From: Candidatus Levybacteria bacterium RIFCSPHIGHO2_01_FULL_36_15b
Lineage (GTDB): Bacteria; Patescibacteriota; Microgenomatia; Levybacterales; UBA12049
Assembly (NCBI GenBank): GCA_001782045.1
Contig: MFNK01000003.1
Coordinates: 26,070 to 90,069 of the forward strand
DNA: 64,000 bases
Reading direction: 5' to 3'
The position numbers and the translations under genes are program-made. Below are positions 28,054 to 38,470 of the stretch, one piece after another. The number at the start of each line of letters is the position of its first letter. Positions within the stretch are counted from its first letter, which is position 1. Below the pieces are notes generated by a model. The model saw only the letters and a program-made list of their open reading frames with translations, was not told where the DNA came from and ran no database searches.

Positions 28054-28071
28054 TCTGCTATAATTAGCCTC
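28054..28071 (+). promoter_or_regulatory. ychF extended -10 promoter element / direct repeat copy 2
   Basis: TGCTATAAT shortly before ATG 28074. Confidence 0.8.
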
Positions 28072-28073
28072 AT

Positions 28074-29033
28074 ATGAATCTTTCGATTGGAATAGTCGGG
28101 CTTCCAAATGTTGGTAAAAGTACACTCTTTAATGCGCTTTTAAAGCGGCAGCAGGCTTTGGTTGCTAATTATCCTTTTGCAACAATTGAGCCAAATGTAG
28201 GCGTTGTTCCGGTTCCCGATGAAAGACTTGCGAAACTTGCCGAGATCGAGCAGTCAGAATATAAAATGACAAATCTTCCTCCGATAAAACCCGCGACCGT
28301 AAATTTCGTAGATATTGCAGGTTTGGTTAAAGGGGCAAATGAAGGAGCAGGTTTAGGAAATAAATTTTTATCTCATATTCGTGAGTCTTCAGTCATAGCT
28401 CACGTTGTAAGAGTTTTTGAAGATAGTAATGTTATAAAAGAGGGAAGTATAGATCCGCTCAATGATTACAAAGTCGTTAAAACAGAACTCGAGCTTGCAG
28501 ATTTAGAAAAAGGCGGAGAAATTGCTAAAAAGGCGGAAATTATTGTACTCAACGTTTCGGAAAGAGAGTACAATCCTGATTCTATTAAAAAAATAGTTGA
28601 TGATTATTCAAAGTTTTTAGAATTAGAACAGCATAAATTAATTGTTATTTCTGCAAAGATAGAATCAGAGCTTGCAGGGCTTAACGAAGAAGAACAAAAA
28701 GAGTATTTAAAAGATCTTGGATTGGAAAAATCAGGGCTAGAACGTCTTATCCAAAAAGCTTACGAAGAATTGGGTTTAATTTCATTTTTAACAGCGGGCG
28801 TTAAAGAGGTTAGGGCTTGGACAGTTCGACTCGGTTCCACCTCGCTCACTGCGGCAGGGGAGATTCATACAGACTTTATGAAAAAATTTATAAAAGCAGA
28901 AGTTGTTACGCTTGAGGATTTCATAGAGTTCAATGGATGGAAGGGAAGTCGCGAACACGGAAAAACAAGGCTGGAAGGAAGAGACTATATTGTAAAAGAC
29001 GGGGATATTATAGAGTTTAAAATTGGAGCTTAA
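28074..29033 (+). CDS. ychF: Redox-regulated ATPase YchF (shortened)
   Basis: GLPNVGKST, YPFATIEPN, DIAGLV, GLGNKFL, TGS domain. Confidence 0.95.
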   Translation: MNLSIGIVGLPNVGKSTLFNALLKRQQALVANYPFATIEPNVGVVPVPDERLAKLAEIEQSEYKMTNLPPIKPATVNFVDIAGLVKGANEGAGLGNKFLSHIRESSVIAHVVRVFEDSNVIKEGSIDPLNDYKVVKTELELADLEKGGEIAKKAEIIVLNVSEREYNPDSIKKIVDDYSKFLELEQHKLIVISAKIESELAGLNEEEQKEYLKDLGLEKSGLERLIQKAYEELGLISFLTAGVKEVRAWTVRLGSTSLTAAGEIHTDFMKKFIKAEVVTLEDFIEFNGWKGSREHGKTRLEGRDYIVKDGDIIEFKIGA

Positions 29034-29034
29034 A

Positions 29035-29739
29035 ATGACTGAGAAAGAATATTGGAGGCAAAATTTATGGCATCCTGATTGGTACTTAAGATTAAAAGGT
29101 TATCTTGAAAAGGAAATTTTTCCCATCGTTAATGACAAAGAAATAAAAAAGAAAAGACATGTTTTTTATGAAACCGTTGAGGAAATGCTTGTCGCTCATG
29201 AAATACCTCTCGCCAATAAAGGTCCAAACTATGATGAAGAAAGAAAACAAGTAGACACAATTATTATTCATCACACTTCAGAAGAGCCAGATATTAGACT
29301 TTCCAAGCTTTCTGCAATCGGCTTTGTGAGGCAGTATGGTAAAGATTATTCAAAAAATGATGTGCTAGGTTACAACGTAAAAGGCAAGCCAATATGGTCG
29401 AACCATTTTAAAGATGGAAGGATGGTTTTTTTTGCTTACCATTGGTTGATAAGAGGAGATGGAAGAGCAGAGAGGTTACTTGAAGACCATCAAATAGGCT
29501 GGCAATCGGGAGCTTGGGATATTAATACTAGAAGCATAGCAATTAGTCTCTCAGGTGATTACAGCAATAGCTTTCCTTCTGAACAACAGATTTCTACAAT
29601 TAAAAAAGTAATCAGGGAAAGGTATTCGCATGTTGAAAAAGATAGAATAATTGGCCATAGAGAAATGAATAATAAAACAACTTGTCCCGGAAATAAATTT
29701 CTGGGAGATGAAGGTTGGCGCAATATGATTCTTGCTTAA
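29035..29739 (+). CDS. N-acetylmuramoyl-L-alanine amidase (Amidase_2/PGRP-like)
   Basis: IIIHHT, YHWLI, NTRSIAI, IIGH, TCPG. Confidence 0.85.
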   Translation: MTEKEYWRQNLWHPDWYLRLKGYLEKEIFPIVNDKEIKKKRHVFYETVEEMLVAHEIPLANKGPNYDEERKQVDTIIIHHTSEEPDIRLSKLSAIGFVRQYGKDYSKNDVLGYNVKGKPIWSNHFKDGRMVFFAYHWLIRGDGRAERLLEDHQIGWQSGAWDINTRSIAISLSGDYSNSFPSEQQISTIKKVIRERYSHVEKDRIIGHREMNNKTTCPGNKFLGDEGWRNMILA

Positions 29740-29766
29740 AATAGGCTTGTATGCTAGTATAGCTGC

Positions 29767-30033
29767 ATGAGAAAATATCAATTGACGCTTGTTACAAAAT
29801 CAAGCGATTCAGCCAAGAAAAAAGCAATAGATAGCGTTAAGGGAATGCTAAAAGCCGCAAAAATTGAAAAAGAAGAAGAGTTAGGAGAAAAGGACTTGGC
29901 ATATTCAATAAAGCGCGAAACAAAGGGATTTTATACTAATTATTTATTTAGTGCAGACAGTCTTCCTGCAGGATTTGAGAAAAGACTTAATGCAGATGAG
30001 AACGTTTTAAGATTTTTAGTTATAAAACTTTAA
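29767..30033 (+). CDS. rpsF: 30S ribosomal protein S6
   Basis: MRKYQL, LAYSIK, VLRFLV; rpsF-ssb-rpsR order. Confidence 0.9.
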   Translation: MRKYQLTLVTKSSDSAKKKAIDSVKGMLKAAKIEKEEELGEKDLAYSIKRETKGFYTNYLFSADSLPAGFEKRLNADENVLRFLVIKL

Positions 30034-30036
30034 AAA

Positions 30037-30546
30037 ATGCCAAAATCACTAAACAGAGTACAATTAATCGGAAATTTAACAAGAGACCCTGAACTTAGAT
30101 ATACGCCAAGCGGCACTGCCGTTTGTTCTTTTAGCGTTGCAACAAACAGAAGTTGGACGCTTGACAGCGGCGAAAAGAAAGACGAAACTGAATTTCATAG
30201 AATTGTTGCATGGAGTAAGCTCGCCGAAATTTGCAGCCAGTTTTTAACAAAGGGAAGAAAAGTCTTTGTTGAAGGAAGACTCACAACTCGAAGCTGGACA
30301 GCGCAGGACGGAACTCAAAAAAACACTACAGAAATAGTAATTTCGGACATGATTTTACTGGACAACCGAAGAACGGAAGGGGATCAAACCTCCGAGCCTG
30401 TAGTGGAAGAAAAAGAAGCTCCTAAAAAAGCACGTTCGACAAGCTCAGTACAAGCGAAAAAAGAAGAATCCATTCAGCAAGCTCAGGACAAGCAAGAAGA
30501 AGCTCCTCCGGTTGAGGACATAGCTGCAGACGATATCCCGTTCTAG
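30037..30546 (+). CDS. ssb: Single-stranded DNA-binding protein
   Basis: LIGNLTRDPELRYT, C-terminal DDIPF. Confidence 0.97.
   Translation: MPKSLNRVQLIGNLTRDPELRYTPSGTAVCSFSVATNRSWTLDSGEKKDETEFHRIVAWSKLAEICSQFLTKGRKVFVEGRLTTRSWTAQDGTQKNTTEIVISDMILLDNRRTEGDQTSEPVVEEKEAPKKARSTSSVQAKKEESIQQAQDKQEEAPPVEDIAADDIPF
30435..30492. repeat. Two REP-like repeats within the SSB linker
   Basis: TTCGACAAGCTCAGTACAAG (30435-30454) and CATTCAGCAAGCTCAGGACAAG (30471-30492). Confidence 0.7.
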
Positions 30547-30559
30547 CTCTCACTAACAA

Positions 30560-30808
30560 ATGGCAAAAAAAAGAAAAATCAGACGAATACAGAAAAATAA
30601 TGCTCCAAAAGAGTGTTACTTCCATGTTGAAAAAAAAGAACCGAACTTTATAGATGTGGCTTCATTAAATAAGTTTCTGACTGAAAGGTCTAAAATAATT
30701 CCAAAAAGCAGATCGGGTTTGTGTGGAAAACATCAAAAACGACTCGCAGAAGAAGTAAAGCGCGCAAGATATATGGCATTATTGCCCTTTGCAGTAAACG
30801 TTAAATAA
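30560..30808 (+). CDS. rpsR: 30S ribosomal protein S18
   Basis: KFLTERSKI, HQKRLA..VKRARYMALLP. Confidence 0.93.
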   Translation: MAKKRKIRRIQKNNAPKECYFHVEKKEPNFIDVASLNKFLTERSKIIPKSRSGLCGKHQKRLAEEVKRARYMALLPFAVNVK

Positions 30809-31527
30809 TGAATGTACTGCCAATAAATCTCCCAAAAGAAGGAACCCCTAAGGTTAAAGCTGGAGATGAAGTGAAAAAAGGTCAAATAATAGCCCAGGTT
30901 GTTTTAGAAGACAACGAAGTAATACATCTTTCTTCATATAATATTGCCTCGAATAAATTTGCAGAATCATTAAAAAAACACCTAGGAGACTTAGTTGCTT
31001 CTGGTGATATAGTTGCAGTTAAAAAAAGGCTTTTAGGGGGCATAAAAGTTTACAGTCCATTTTCGGGAATATTGGTTAAAATTGATGAACAAAATCAGGA
31101 TTTATTTATAAAACCCAAGGATTTTAAAGAAAAAAAAGATATCCTTTCTCCAGTTGATGGGGTAGTTGAATTTTGCGATAATACGAAAATATCAATTAAA
31201 ACAGATTCTTTGGTTATTTCGGCTAAAGACATATTAGGCCCAAGCGTTAAAGGAGAAATCCTTGCAGGAGATTTTGAAATTGATAATGCAGTTGACGACA
31301 AGATAATAGTTAGGGAAACTTTTGATAAACTATCTGCTTTTAAGTCTTTTGGACTTGGGGCACTAGGCTTAATTACTAAGGACTTATCGGACTTTGATTT
31401 TATGGATTTGGAAAAAGATTTTGAAAAAACTATAGTAATGGTGTCTGAGGATGACTTTAAAAAATTAGCTAAATATAAAGGCAAGATGGTAGCCATTGAC
31501 AGCGCAGGGAAAATTATTTATTTATGA
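30808..31527 (+). CDS. Hypothetical protein with barrel-sandwich hybrid-like motifs
   Basis: VKAGDEVKKGQIIA, SPFSG, SPVDG. Confidence 0.7.
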   Translation: MNVLPINLPKEGTPKVKAGDEVKKGQIIAQVVLEDNEVIHLSSYNIASNKFAESLKKHLGDLVASGDIVAVKKRLLGGIKVYSPFSGILVKIDEQNQDLFIKPKDFKEKKDILSPVDGVVEFCDNTKISIKTDSLVISAKDILGPSVKGEILAGDFEIDNAVDDKIIVRETFDKLSAFKSFGLGALGLITKDLSDFDFMDLEKDFEKTIVMVSEDDFKKLAKYKGKMVAIDSAGKIIYL

Positions 31528-32810
31528 AAAGAATAAAAGCTATACAAGTTTTATTAGTAATAGCTGTTGCATTTTTAGCGGGATATTTTTTTGGCGTTAA
31601 CAAAGTAAATGTTGAGTGGAAAAATTATCAGCCTCTTTTATCTGTTGTTAGCAAAGAACCTCCGCAAGGCCTTACCGATATAAACTTTACTCCCTTTTGG
31701 AGCGTATGGCAAAAGCTGTATGCAAGTTATTATGATAAAACCAAACTAGACCCTCAAAAAATGCTTAATGGCGCCATTTCGGGAATGGTTCAAAGCATAG
31801 GAGATCCTTTTACCGTGTATCTGCCTCCAGCCAATAATTCCGACTTTAAACAAGGTTTAGCAGGGCAATTTTCAGGCATCGGTGCAGAGCTTGGTGTAAA
31901 AGACAAAAATATTATTGTTATTTCCCCCTTAGATGGAAGTCCTGCAAAAAGATCAGGGATAAGAGCAGGGGATATAATTGCCGCGGTTGATGGTCAGACA
32001 ACAGCAGGCTGGACCATAGTACAAGCAGTCGAAAAAATAAGAGGACCAAAGGGTACGACTGTTACGCTATCTATTTTTCACAAAGGCTCAACAGAAAAGC
32101 AAGAAATAAAAATAACAAGAGATGTAATTACAGTAAAAAGTGTCGAAATGAAGTTCGACAAGGCAGAGTGTAGTGGTAATTCATGCAAAGTTATTACAGA
32201 TGCAAAGGGCTGCACATCAAATTGTGTTGATTTTGCCTATATTAGGCTTTCGCAATTCGGAGACAATACAGAGAAGGAATGGACTAACTTAATCGGTAGT
32301 TTTGCAGCAAAAGTCCATGCTAATAAAAATGTAAAGGGCATAGTACTTGATTTAAGAAACAATCCAGGTGGATATTTATCGGATGCAATATTTATTGCTT
32401 CGGAATTCTTGGATAAAGGTAAAACTGTTGTGATCGAGGATCCTTCTTCCAGCCTAGAATGTGATTCAGGCTGTAAAGTTAAGAGACAGGGAGAGCTTAC
32501 ATCAATACCAGTTGTCGTCTTAATTAATAAAGGAAGCGCTTCTGCAAGTGAAATAGTTGCGGGAGCCTTGCGAGATAATAATAGGGGAATTTTGGTAGGG
32601 GAAACGACATTTGGTAAGGGGACAATTCAAACAGCAGAAGATCTAGGAAGCGGAGCCGGAATTCACATAACAATTGCTAAATGGCTAACTCCAAATGGTC
32701 TTTGGATTAATGAAAAAGGGCTTACTCCAGATGTAACAATTTCACTTTCTGAAAAAGAACCGGATGTTGATAGTCAGCTTGAAAAAGCGGTATTTGAGCT
32801 TTTAAAATAG
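31524..32810 (+). CDS. S41 carboxy-terminal processing protease
   Basis: GIGA PDZ, LDLRNNPGG, SASASE, TFGKG. Confidence 0.93.
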   Translation: MKRIKAIQVLLVIAVAFLAGYFFGVNKVNVEWKNYQPLLSVVSKEPPQGLTDINFTPFWSVWQKLYASYYDKTKLDPQKMLNGAISGMVQSIGDPFTVYLPPANNSDFKQGLAGQFSGIGAELGVKDKNIIVISPLDGSPAKRSGIRAGDIIAAVDGQTTAGWTIVQAVEKIRGPKGTTVTLSIFHKGSTEKQEIKITRDVITVKSVEMKFDKAECSGNSCKVITDAKGCTSNCVDFAYIRLSQFGDNTEKEWTNLIGSFAAKVHANKNVKGIVLDLRNNPGGYLSDAIFIASEFLDKGKTVVIEDPSSSLECDSGCKVKRQGELTSIPVVVLINKGSASASEIVAGALRDNNRGILVGETTFGKGTIQTAEDLGSGAGIHITIAKWLTPNGLWINEKGLTPDVTISLSEKEPDVDSQLEKAVFELLK

Positions 32811-32816
32811 CCTTTT

Positions 32817-33746
32817 ATGATAAAAAAAGATATTCCACTTAAGCTTTACAGCAATTTTAAAATTGGGGGTCCTGCAAAGTTTTTCGCTATCGCTCAAAAT
32901 TTAGAGGAATTAAGCCAAATACTAAAAGATTCTAAAAATTTAACACCTAAAGTGTTTGTTTTTGGCGGCGGAACAAATATTCTATTTAGCGACAATGGTT
33001 TTGACGGTATAGCAATAAAAGTTGATATTAAAAGCATAGAAGCAAACGCCCAATCGATAAGAGTTGGTGCAGGGGTTTTGGTATCTGAACTTCTTGAATT
33101 TTGTATAGCTAACTCGCTTTCGGGTTTGGAATGGGCAGGAGGACTTCCTGGAACAGTAGGAGGTGCTGTAAGAGGCAATGCGGGTGCATATAACGGAGAG
33201 ATAAAGGATAAAATTTTAGAAGTAGAAAGTCTTGATATAAATGCGCTTAATACCTTAGAAAGGAATAAAGAAGAATGCAAGTTTGGTTACAGAATAAGTA
33301 TTTTTAAAAAGGATTTGGAAGGGAAAGAAGTAATTACTTATGTTACTTTCCAGCTGCAAAAAGGCAATAAAGAAGAAATCCAATCTTTAATTGAGGACAA
33401 AATTAATAAAAGAAAATTGAGACACCCCTTGGAATATCCCAACTTAGGAAGTACTTTTCAAAATGTCCCGGTTAATAAATTTAGCGAAAAACAAATGGAA
33501 CAACTTACGCAATATATAAAAAATGATCCTTTTCCTCTAATTCCTGCAGCAAAGCTTAATTTTTTAGCAGGTCTATCCGGGACAAGAGTAGGGGATGCAG
33601 AACTTTCCAAAAAACACACCAATTTTATAATTAATTTGGGAAATGCAAAAGCAGAAGAAGTTAAAAAGTTAATTACCTTAGTTAAAGCTAAAATTAAAAA
33701 TTTATACAATGTGGAATTAGAAGAGGAAATTTGTTATCTTAATTAA
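32817..33746 (+). CDS. murB: UDP-N-acetylenolpyruvoylglucosamine reductase
   Basis: FKIGGPA, GGGTN, PGTVGGA..GNAGAY, LGSTF, HTNFIIN. Confidence 0.93.
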   Translation: MIKKDIPLKLYSNFKIGGPAKFFAIAQNLEELSQILKDSKNLTPKVFVFGGGTNILFSDNGFDGIAIKVDIKSIEANAQSIRVGAGVLVSELLEFCIANSLSGLEWAGGLPGTVGGAVRGNAGAYNGEIKDKILEVESLDINALNTLERNKEECKFGYRISIFKKDLEGKEVITYVTFQLQKGNKEEIQSLIEDKINKRKLRHPLEYPNLGSTFQNVPVNKFSEKQMEQLTQYIKNDPFPLIPAAKLNFLAGLSGTRVGDAELSKKHTNFIINLGNAKAEEVKKLITLVKAKIKNLYNVELEEEICYLN

Positions 33747-34420
33747 ATATTTTTGTAGCCGGAAAAATAATCCAATTTTATATTTTCTTCTTTTACTCCG
33801 AGTTTTTTGACAGTTTCTTCCATTTTAGCAACCATAGGATCCGGACCAGAAATAAAAATATCTATATTTTTCTTTATCACTCTTTTTAAAACATTTTTAT
33901 CAATTTTTGCAGAACCAATAAAGTACTTTATTTGAATATTCTTATTTTTTTTACTTATTTTATCTAATTCCTTTTTAAATAAAATATTATTATTTTTATT
34001 TGCATAAAGAAGCAGTACTTCATTTTTCATTTTTTTAAATACTAAGTCTCTTAAAATAGCAATAAAAGGAGTTATTCCTATTCCTCCTGCAATAAAAATA
34101 TTTATTTTTGATTTTTTATCAAGAATAAAATCTCCATCCGGGCCTTTAACAAAAATTTCTTCTCCAACTTTTAATTTATTTAATGCAGTTTTAAAAGAGC
34201 TTGGTTTTTTCTCAATTCTAGTAGTAATTGAGGGATAATTTTGATGCGGAGCTGATGAAATAGTAAAAAATCTTTGCTTTCCCCTTAAATCGTTTTTTTG
34301 ATGGGGAAGTGAATAAATTAGATATTGTCCGGAAGTCCATTTAATTTTTTTCTCAGGTTTAAAAATAAAAGTAGAAATGTTTCTTTGCTCCGATTTTTTA
34401 TCAATTAAAACGAGCCTCAT
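33743..34420 (-). CDS. FAD/NAD(P)-binding oxidoreductase (FNR-like)
   Basis: RFFTISS, GPDGDF, IAGGIGITPF, SGP. Confidence 0.88.
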   Translation of the reverse strand: MRLVLIDKKSEQRNISTFIFKPEKKIKWTSGQYLIYSLPHQKNDLRGKQRFFTISSAPHQNYPSITTRIEKKPSSFKTALNKLKVGEEIFVKGPDGDFILDKKSKINIFIAGGIGITPFIAILRDLVFKKMKNEVLLLYANKNNNILFKKELDKISKKNKNIQIKYFIGSAKIDKNVLKRVIKKNIDIFISGPDPMVAKMEETVKKLGVKEENIKLDYFSGYKNI

Positions 34421-34474
34421 AGGGGGAACTATATCAGAATTGACGCTTTATTAAAAGATTGTTATAAATAACTA

Positions 34475-36157
34475 ATGGGAAATTTTTTCCTTGAAATAAC
34501 TTTAATTATTGGACTTGCTTCAATTCTTTCAATTGTTTTCCGAGTTCTTAAACAGCCAGAGATATTAGCTTATATATTAACAGGGGTTATACTTGGGCCT
34601 CTTGTGCTTGGCAAAATTGAGAACCCAGAATTAGTAAGATCTCTATCTGAAATAGGCATAACGTTACTTCTTTTCATGGTTGGTCTTGAATTAAGATATT
34701 CAGACTTAAAAGCAGTAGGTAAAATTTCCTTAATAACTGGAATTGGGCAAATTGTCTTTACATCTCTTATAGGCTTTCTGATTTCGATTTTTCTTGGCTT
34801 TTCTATAATTGCATCTTTGTACATTTCTATTGCTTTAACTTTTTCCAGCACAATTATTATAGTAAAGCTACTTTCGGACAAGAAAGATCTAAGAAGTTTG
34901 TACGGCAAAATATCGGTAGGATTTCTTCTTGTGCAGGATTTTGTAGCAATCATTGCCCTTATTTTTCTATCTGGTTTTTCTCAAAATGCAACATCGATCA
35001 ATCCCATAGGACTCCTACTTTTACTATTAAAAGGTGTAATTATATTTGGATTAGTAGGATACTTAAGCAGAAGTATTTTACCAAGAATAATGGAGAGAAT
35101 TCCTCATTCTCCCGAAACACTTTTCCTTTTTAGCGTAGCTTGGGCATTCGGTGTCTCATTTTTGATAAGTTCACCTCCTATCGGATTTTCTATTGAGATA
35201 GGAGGGTTTTTAGCTGGACTTGCCTTGGCTAATTCGTCCGAGAGCTTGCAGATTTCAGCGCGTGTCAAATCTCTAAGAGATTTTTTTATTGTTTTATTTT
35301 TTGTAAGCCTAGGAAGCGGATTAATATTTGAAAATTTTTATGTAATTTTGACTCCTGCTCTAATTTTTTCCGCATTCATACTAATTGGAAATCCGTTAAT
35401 AGTAATTATTTTACTCGGGCTTTTCGGATATAAAAAAAGAACAAGCTTTTTGGCAGGCCTTACGGTTGCTCAGATTTCTGAATTCAGTTTAATTTTAGTC
35501 TTCCTAGGTTATAAACTCGGTCATTTAACCGAGGAGGTTGTGGCTATTGTTACCTTAACAGGAATTATTACCTTTACTGTTTCTACTTATATGATAATAA
35601 ACGGAAAAACCCTATTTAAACACTTGAGCCCTTATCTTAATCTTTTTGAAAGAGGTAAGACAAAAACAGATGAGTTTCCAACAGCTGGGCTGGATAATAT
35701 AGAAGACCACGTTATTATCGTTGGGGCGGAACAAATGGGGCAAAGTATAATTGAAGCACTAAAAAAAATGGGAGAAAAATTTGTTGTAATAGATTTTGAC
35801 CCTTCATATATTCGAAAATTTAATGAGGACGATCTAAATTTTATTTTTGGAGACATTTCGGATTTAGATATACAAGAGAGGGCAAAAATAGACAACGCAA
35901 AACTTGTGATATCCACGATACCTGATTTAGAAGATAATAAATTTTTACTTAATGGGTTGAAGAATGAAAATAGAAAAGCCAAAATTGTCATGATGGCATA
36001 TGACATCAAAGATGCAAAAGCGCTATATAAAGATGGGGCGGACTATGTAATATTGCCACATTTGGCAGGTGGGAGACAGATTGCAAAACTTTTAACTGAA
36101 GAAGGGTTATCCAATTTGGAAAAACTAAGAGAACAGGACAAGAAGTATCTTACATAG
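34475..36157 (+). CDS. CPA2/Kef-type cation:proton antiporter with TrkA-N domain
   Basis: Multiple TM helices, FSST..VK.L, QD, QISEFS, C-terminal Rossmann fold. Confidence 0.9.
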   Translation: MGNFFLEITLIIGLASILSIVFRVLKQPEILAYILTGVILGPLVLGKIENPELVRSLSEIGITLLLFMVGLELRYSDLKAVGKISLITGIGQIVFTSLIGFLISIFLGFSIIASLYISIALTFSSTIIIVKLLSDKKDLRSLYGKISVGFLLVQDFVAIIALIFLSGFSQNATSINPIGLLLLLLKGVIIFGLVGYLSRSILPRIMERIPHSPETLFLFSVAWAFGVSFLISSPPIGFSIEIGGFLAGLALANSSESLQISARVKSLRDFFIVLFFVSLGSGLIFENFYVILTPALIFSAFILIGNPLIVIILLGLFGYKKRTSFLAGLTVAQISEFSLILVFLGYKLGHLTEEVVAIVTLTGIITFTVSTYMIINGKTLFKHLSPYLNLFERGKTKTDEFPTAGLDNIEDHVIIVGAEQMGQSIIEALKKMGEKFVVIDFDPSYIRKFNEDDLNFIFGDISDLDIQERAKIDNAKLVISTIPDLEDNKFLLNGLKNENRKAKIVMMAYDIKDAKALYKDGADYVILPHLAGGRQIAKLLTEEGLSNLEKLREQDKKYLT

Positions 36158-37040
36158 CTTTAAGATTTAAGCTTAGTTCTTTTACTATTTCTTCTAAATT
36201 ACCATCCAAAATTCCTTCTAAATTTCTCCAGGATTTATTTATTCTGTGATCCGTCATTCTGTCTTGAGGAAAGTTATAGGTTCTAATTTTCTCCGCTCTT
36301 GTTCCACGACCGACCTGTGTTGATTTTAATCCTGCAATTTCGCCGTGGCGCGCTTCAACTTCAATCTCCCAAAGCTTAGCGCGAAGTAGCTCCATGGCTA
36401 TTTCTCTATTTTGCAACTGTGAGCGCTCCGTGCGGCTTGTTACTATTATACCTGAAGGTTTGTGTATTATTCTTACAGCGGATGAGACTTTATTTACATT
36501 TTGTCCGCCATGTCCACCAGCTCTAAATGCTTCAAAACCGACGTCAGAAGGATTTATATGCAAATCTATGTCTTCAAGTTCGGGGAGTACCGAAACTGTG
36601 GCGGTAGAAGTGTGAACTCTTCCGCGTTTTTCAGTTGCAGGTATTCTTTGAACTCTGTGAACTCCTGCTTCGAATTTAAAATTTTCAAAAGCGCCGTTTC
36701 CTTCTATTTTTATTACATCTTCATCTAAAGCTTCTGTCTTAAAACCTTTAATTTCTGCAAACCTGGTATACATTCTTAAAAGTTCCTTAGCCCATAAAGT
36801 TGCCTCATCTCCTCCTGCCGCACCACTTACCTCTATAATTACGTTTCGCTGATCCAAATCTTCTGAATTTTCTTCGTTTGAGGCTTGTTGATAGGTAGTA
36901 AGAACATCTTCTTTCTGTTTTTCAAGATCTGCGATTTCAGTCTTAGCCAAGTCTTCCATTTGAGGATCTAAAAGAAGTTTTTTAGTTTCTTCAATTTTTC
37001 TATCGAGTTCTGCCAATTGAATTTGTCTATAATCTTCCAT
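36150..37040 (-). CDS. prfA: Peptide chain release factor 1 (short N-terminus)
   Basis: [11 protein letters not shown] (PxT), [11 protein letters not shown]; next to rpmE. Confidence 0.93.
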   Translation of the reverse strand: MEDYRQIQLAELDRKIEETKKLLLDPQMEDLAKTEIADLEKQKEDVLTTYQQASNEENSEDLDQRNVIIEVSGAAGGDEATLWAKELLRMYTRFAEIKGFKTEALDEDVIKIEGNGAFENFKFEAGVHRVQRIPATEKRGRVHTSTATVSVLPELEDIDLHINPSDVGFEAFRAGGHGGQNVNKVSSAVRIIHKPSGIIVTSRTERSQLQNREIAMELLRAKLWEIEVEARHGEIAGLKSTQVGRGTRAEKIRTYNFPQDRMTDHRINKSWRNLEGILDGNLEEIVKELSLNLKAM

Positions 37041-37055
37041 GTAGGGGAGAGTTAG

Positions 37056-37346
37056 CTACTGAATCTCTGAAAGCATTTCTCTTAAAGTCTTTGGGGCTTG
37101 AGACTTTTTTTCTTCCTTTTCTTTTTTCTTTGTTACATGAAGTCTTGCTGCTTCCTGTTTTTTCTGGAATTTCTGAATTCTTGATGCTGAGTCTACAAAT
37201 CTTTGCTCGCCTGTATAAAATGGATGACAGTTTGAGCATAATTCCACACGAATTAACTCCTGTGTACTGCCGGTTGTAAATTGGTTTCCACAAGCACAAA
37301 TAACCTGCGCGTTTTCAAAATATTGTGGATGAATTTGCTGTTTCAT
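37056..37346 (-). CDS. rpmE: 50S ribosomal protein L31
   Basis: IHPQY, CACG, CSNCHPFYTG. Confidence 0.95.
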   Translation of the reverse strand: MKQQIHPQYFENAQVICACGNQFTTGSTQELIRVELCSNCHPFYTGEQRFVDSASRIQKFQKKQEAARLHVTKKKEKEEKKSQAPKTLREMLSEIQ

Positions 37347-37424
37347 ATGCTAATTATAGCTGAAATTGGAATTTAAAACAAGATTCGGGCTCAATATTTT
37401 GCTAGGCAGTGGTATAATTTTTTC

Positions 37425-37925
37425 ATGAAGATATTAATAATTGGTACTTCTGGGACAGGAAAGACATACTTAGCAAATGAGTTTGGCAAAAAAGGGGTTA
37501 ACGCTTTTGATGCAGATGAAATAGATGGGCTTCATGGTTGGTATAATTGGAAAAGGGAAAGAGTTAGATTTCCTGATAATGCAGGCCCAGAGTTTCTTGA
37601 GAATCACGAATTCTTATGGGATAAGAAATTCTTAGAAGATTTTTTAAAACAATATAAAGATGTATATTTTTTTGGAAATTCCGGAAATGTTTTAGAAGTT
37701 AAAGATTTATTCGATAAAGTTTACTTCTTAGATGTACCAGAAGAAGTTATTGTAGAAAGGCTCGATCATCATAGTCGTGAAAATCCGATGGGGCAAACAG
37801 ATTATCAGAAACAGAAAGTTATTGAGTGGCAAAGATATACCGAAAAAATAGCTAAAGAGATGAAGGCAGAGACTATTAATGGCGCTTTATCTGCAGAAGA
37901 AATATTTAATTTAATCGTAAAATGA
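37425..37925 (+). CDS. P-loop NMP/shikimate kinase-like protein
   Basis: GTSGTGKT Walker A. Confidence 0.75.
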   Translation: MKILIIGTSGTGKTYLANEFGKKGVNAFDADEIDGLHGWYNWKRERVRFPDNAGPEFLENHEFLWDKKFLEDFLKQYKDVYFFGNSGNVLEVKDLFDKVYFLDVPEEVIVERLDHHSRENPMGQTDYQKQKVIEWQRYTEKIAKEMKAETINGALSAEEIFNLIVK

Positions 37926-38470
37926 ATGTAGCGAAAACTTTTTATCCGAAAAATAGTAAAGAGTGGAGAAGGTGGCTTACTAAAAATTTTGAGAAAGAAA
38001 AAGAAATCTGGCTTGTTCACTATACAAAAGCTTCGGGTAAAGAATCCATTAGTTATCAAGAAGCGCTGGATGAGGCATTATGTTTTGGCTGGATTGACTC
38101 AATTGTCAAAAAAATAGACAGCAAAAAAAGAGCCCAACGCTACACTCCAAGAAGAGCAAATAGTCCTATTTCGGAGTTAAATAAAGAAAGACTTAGAAGG
38201 CTCGTAAAAAGCCAAAAAGTTAATAAAGTTGTTCTTTTTAGAATAAAACACGAGCTAAATAAAGAATTTGTTTTTCCAAAGGATATTTTGGAATTTATTA
38301 AAAAAAATAAAGAATCTTGGAAGAATTTTCAGGAGTTTCCAGATTATTACAAGGTAATTAGAATTGCATTTATAGAGGGAGCAAGAAAAAGACCGGAAGA
38401 GTTTGAAAGAAGACTAAATAATTTTATAAAAATGACTTCGAAGAATAAAAAATTCGGGATGATTACTTAG
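37922..38470 (+). CDS. YdeI/OmpD-associated family protein
   Basis: WRRWL, EALCFGWIDS, YTPRR. Confidence 0.88.
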   Translation: MNVAKTFYPKNSKEWRRWLTKNFEKEKEIWLVHYTKASGKESISYQEALDEALCFGWIDSIVKKIDSKKRAQRYTPRRANSPISELNKERLRRLVKSQKVNKVVLFRIKHELNKEFVFPKDILEFIKKNKESWKNFQEFPDYYKVIRIAFIEGARKRPEEFERRLNNFIKMTSKNKKFGMIT

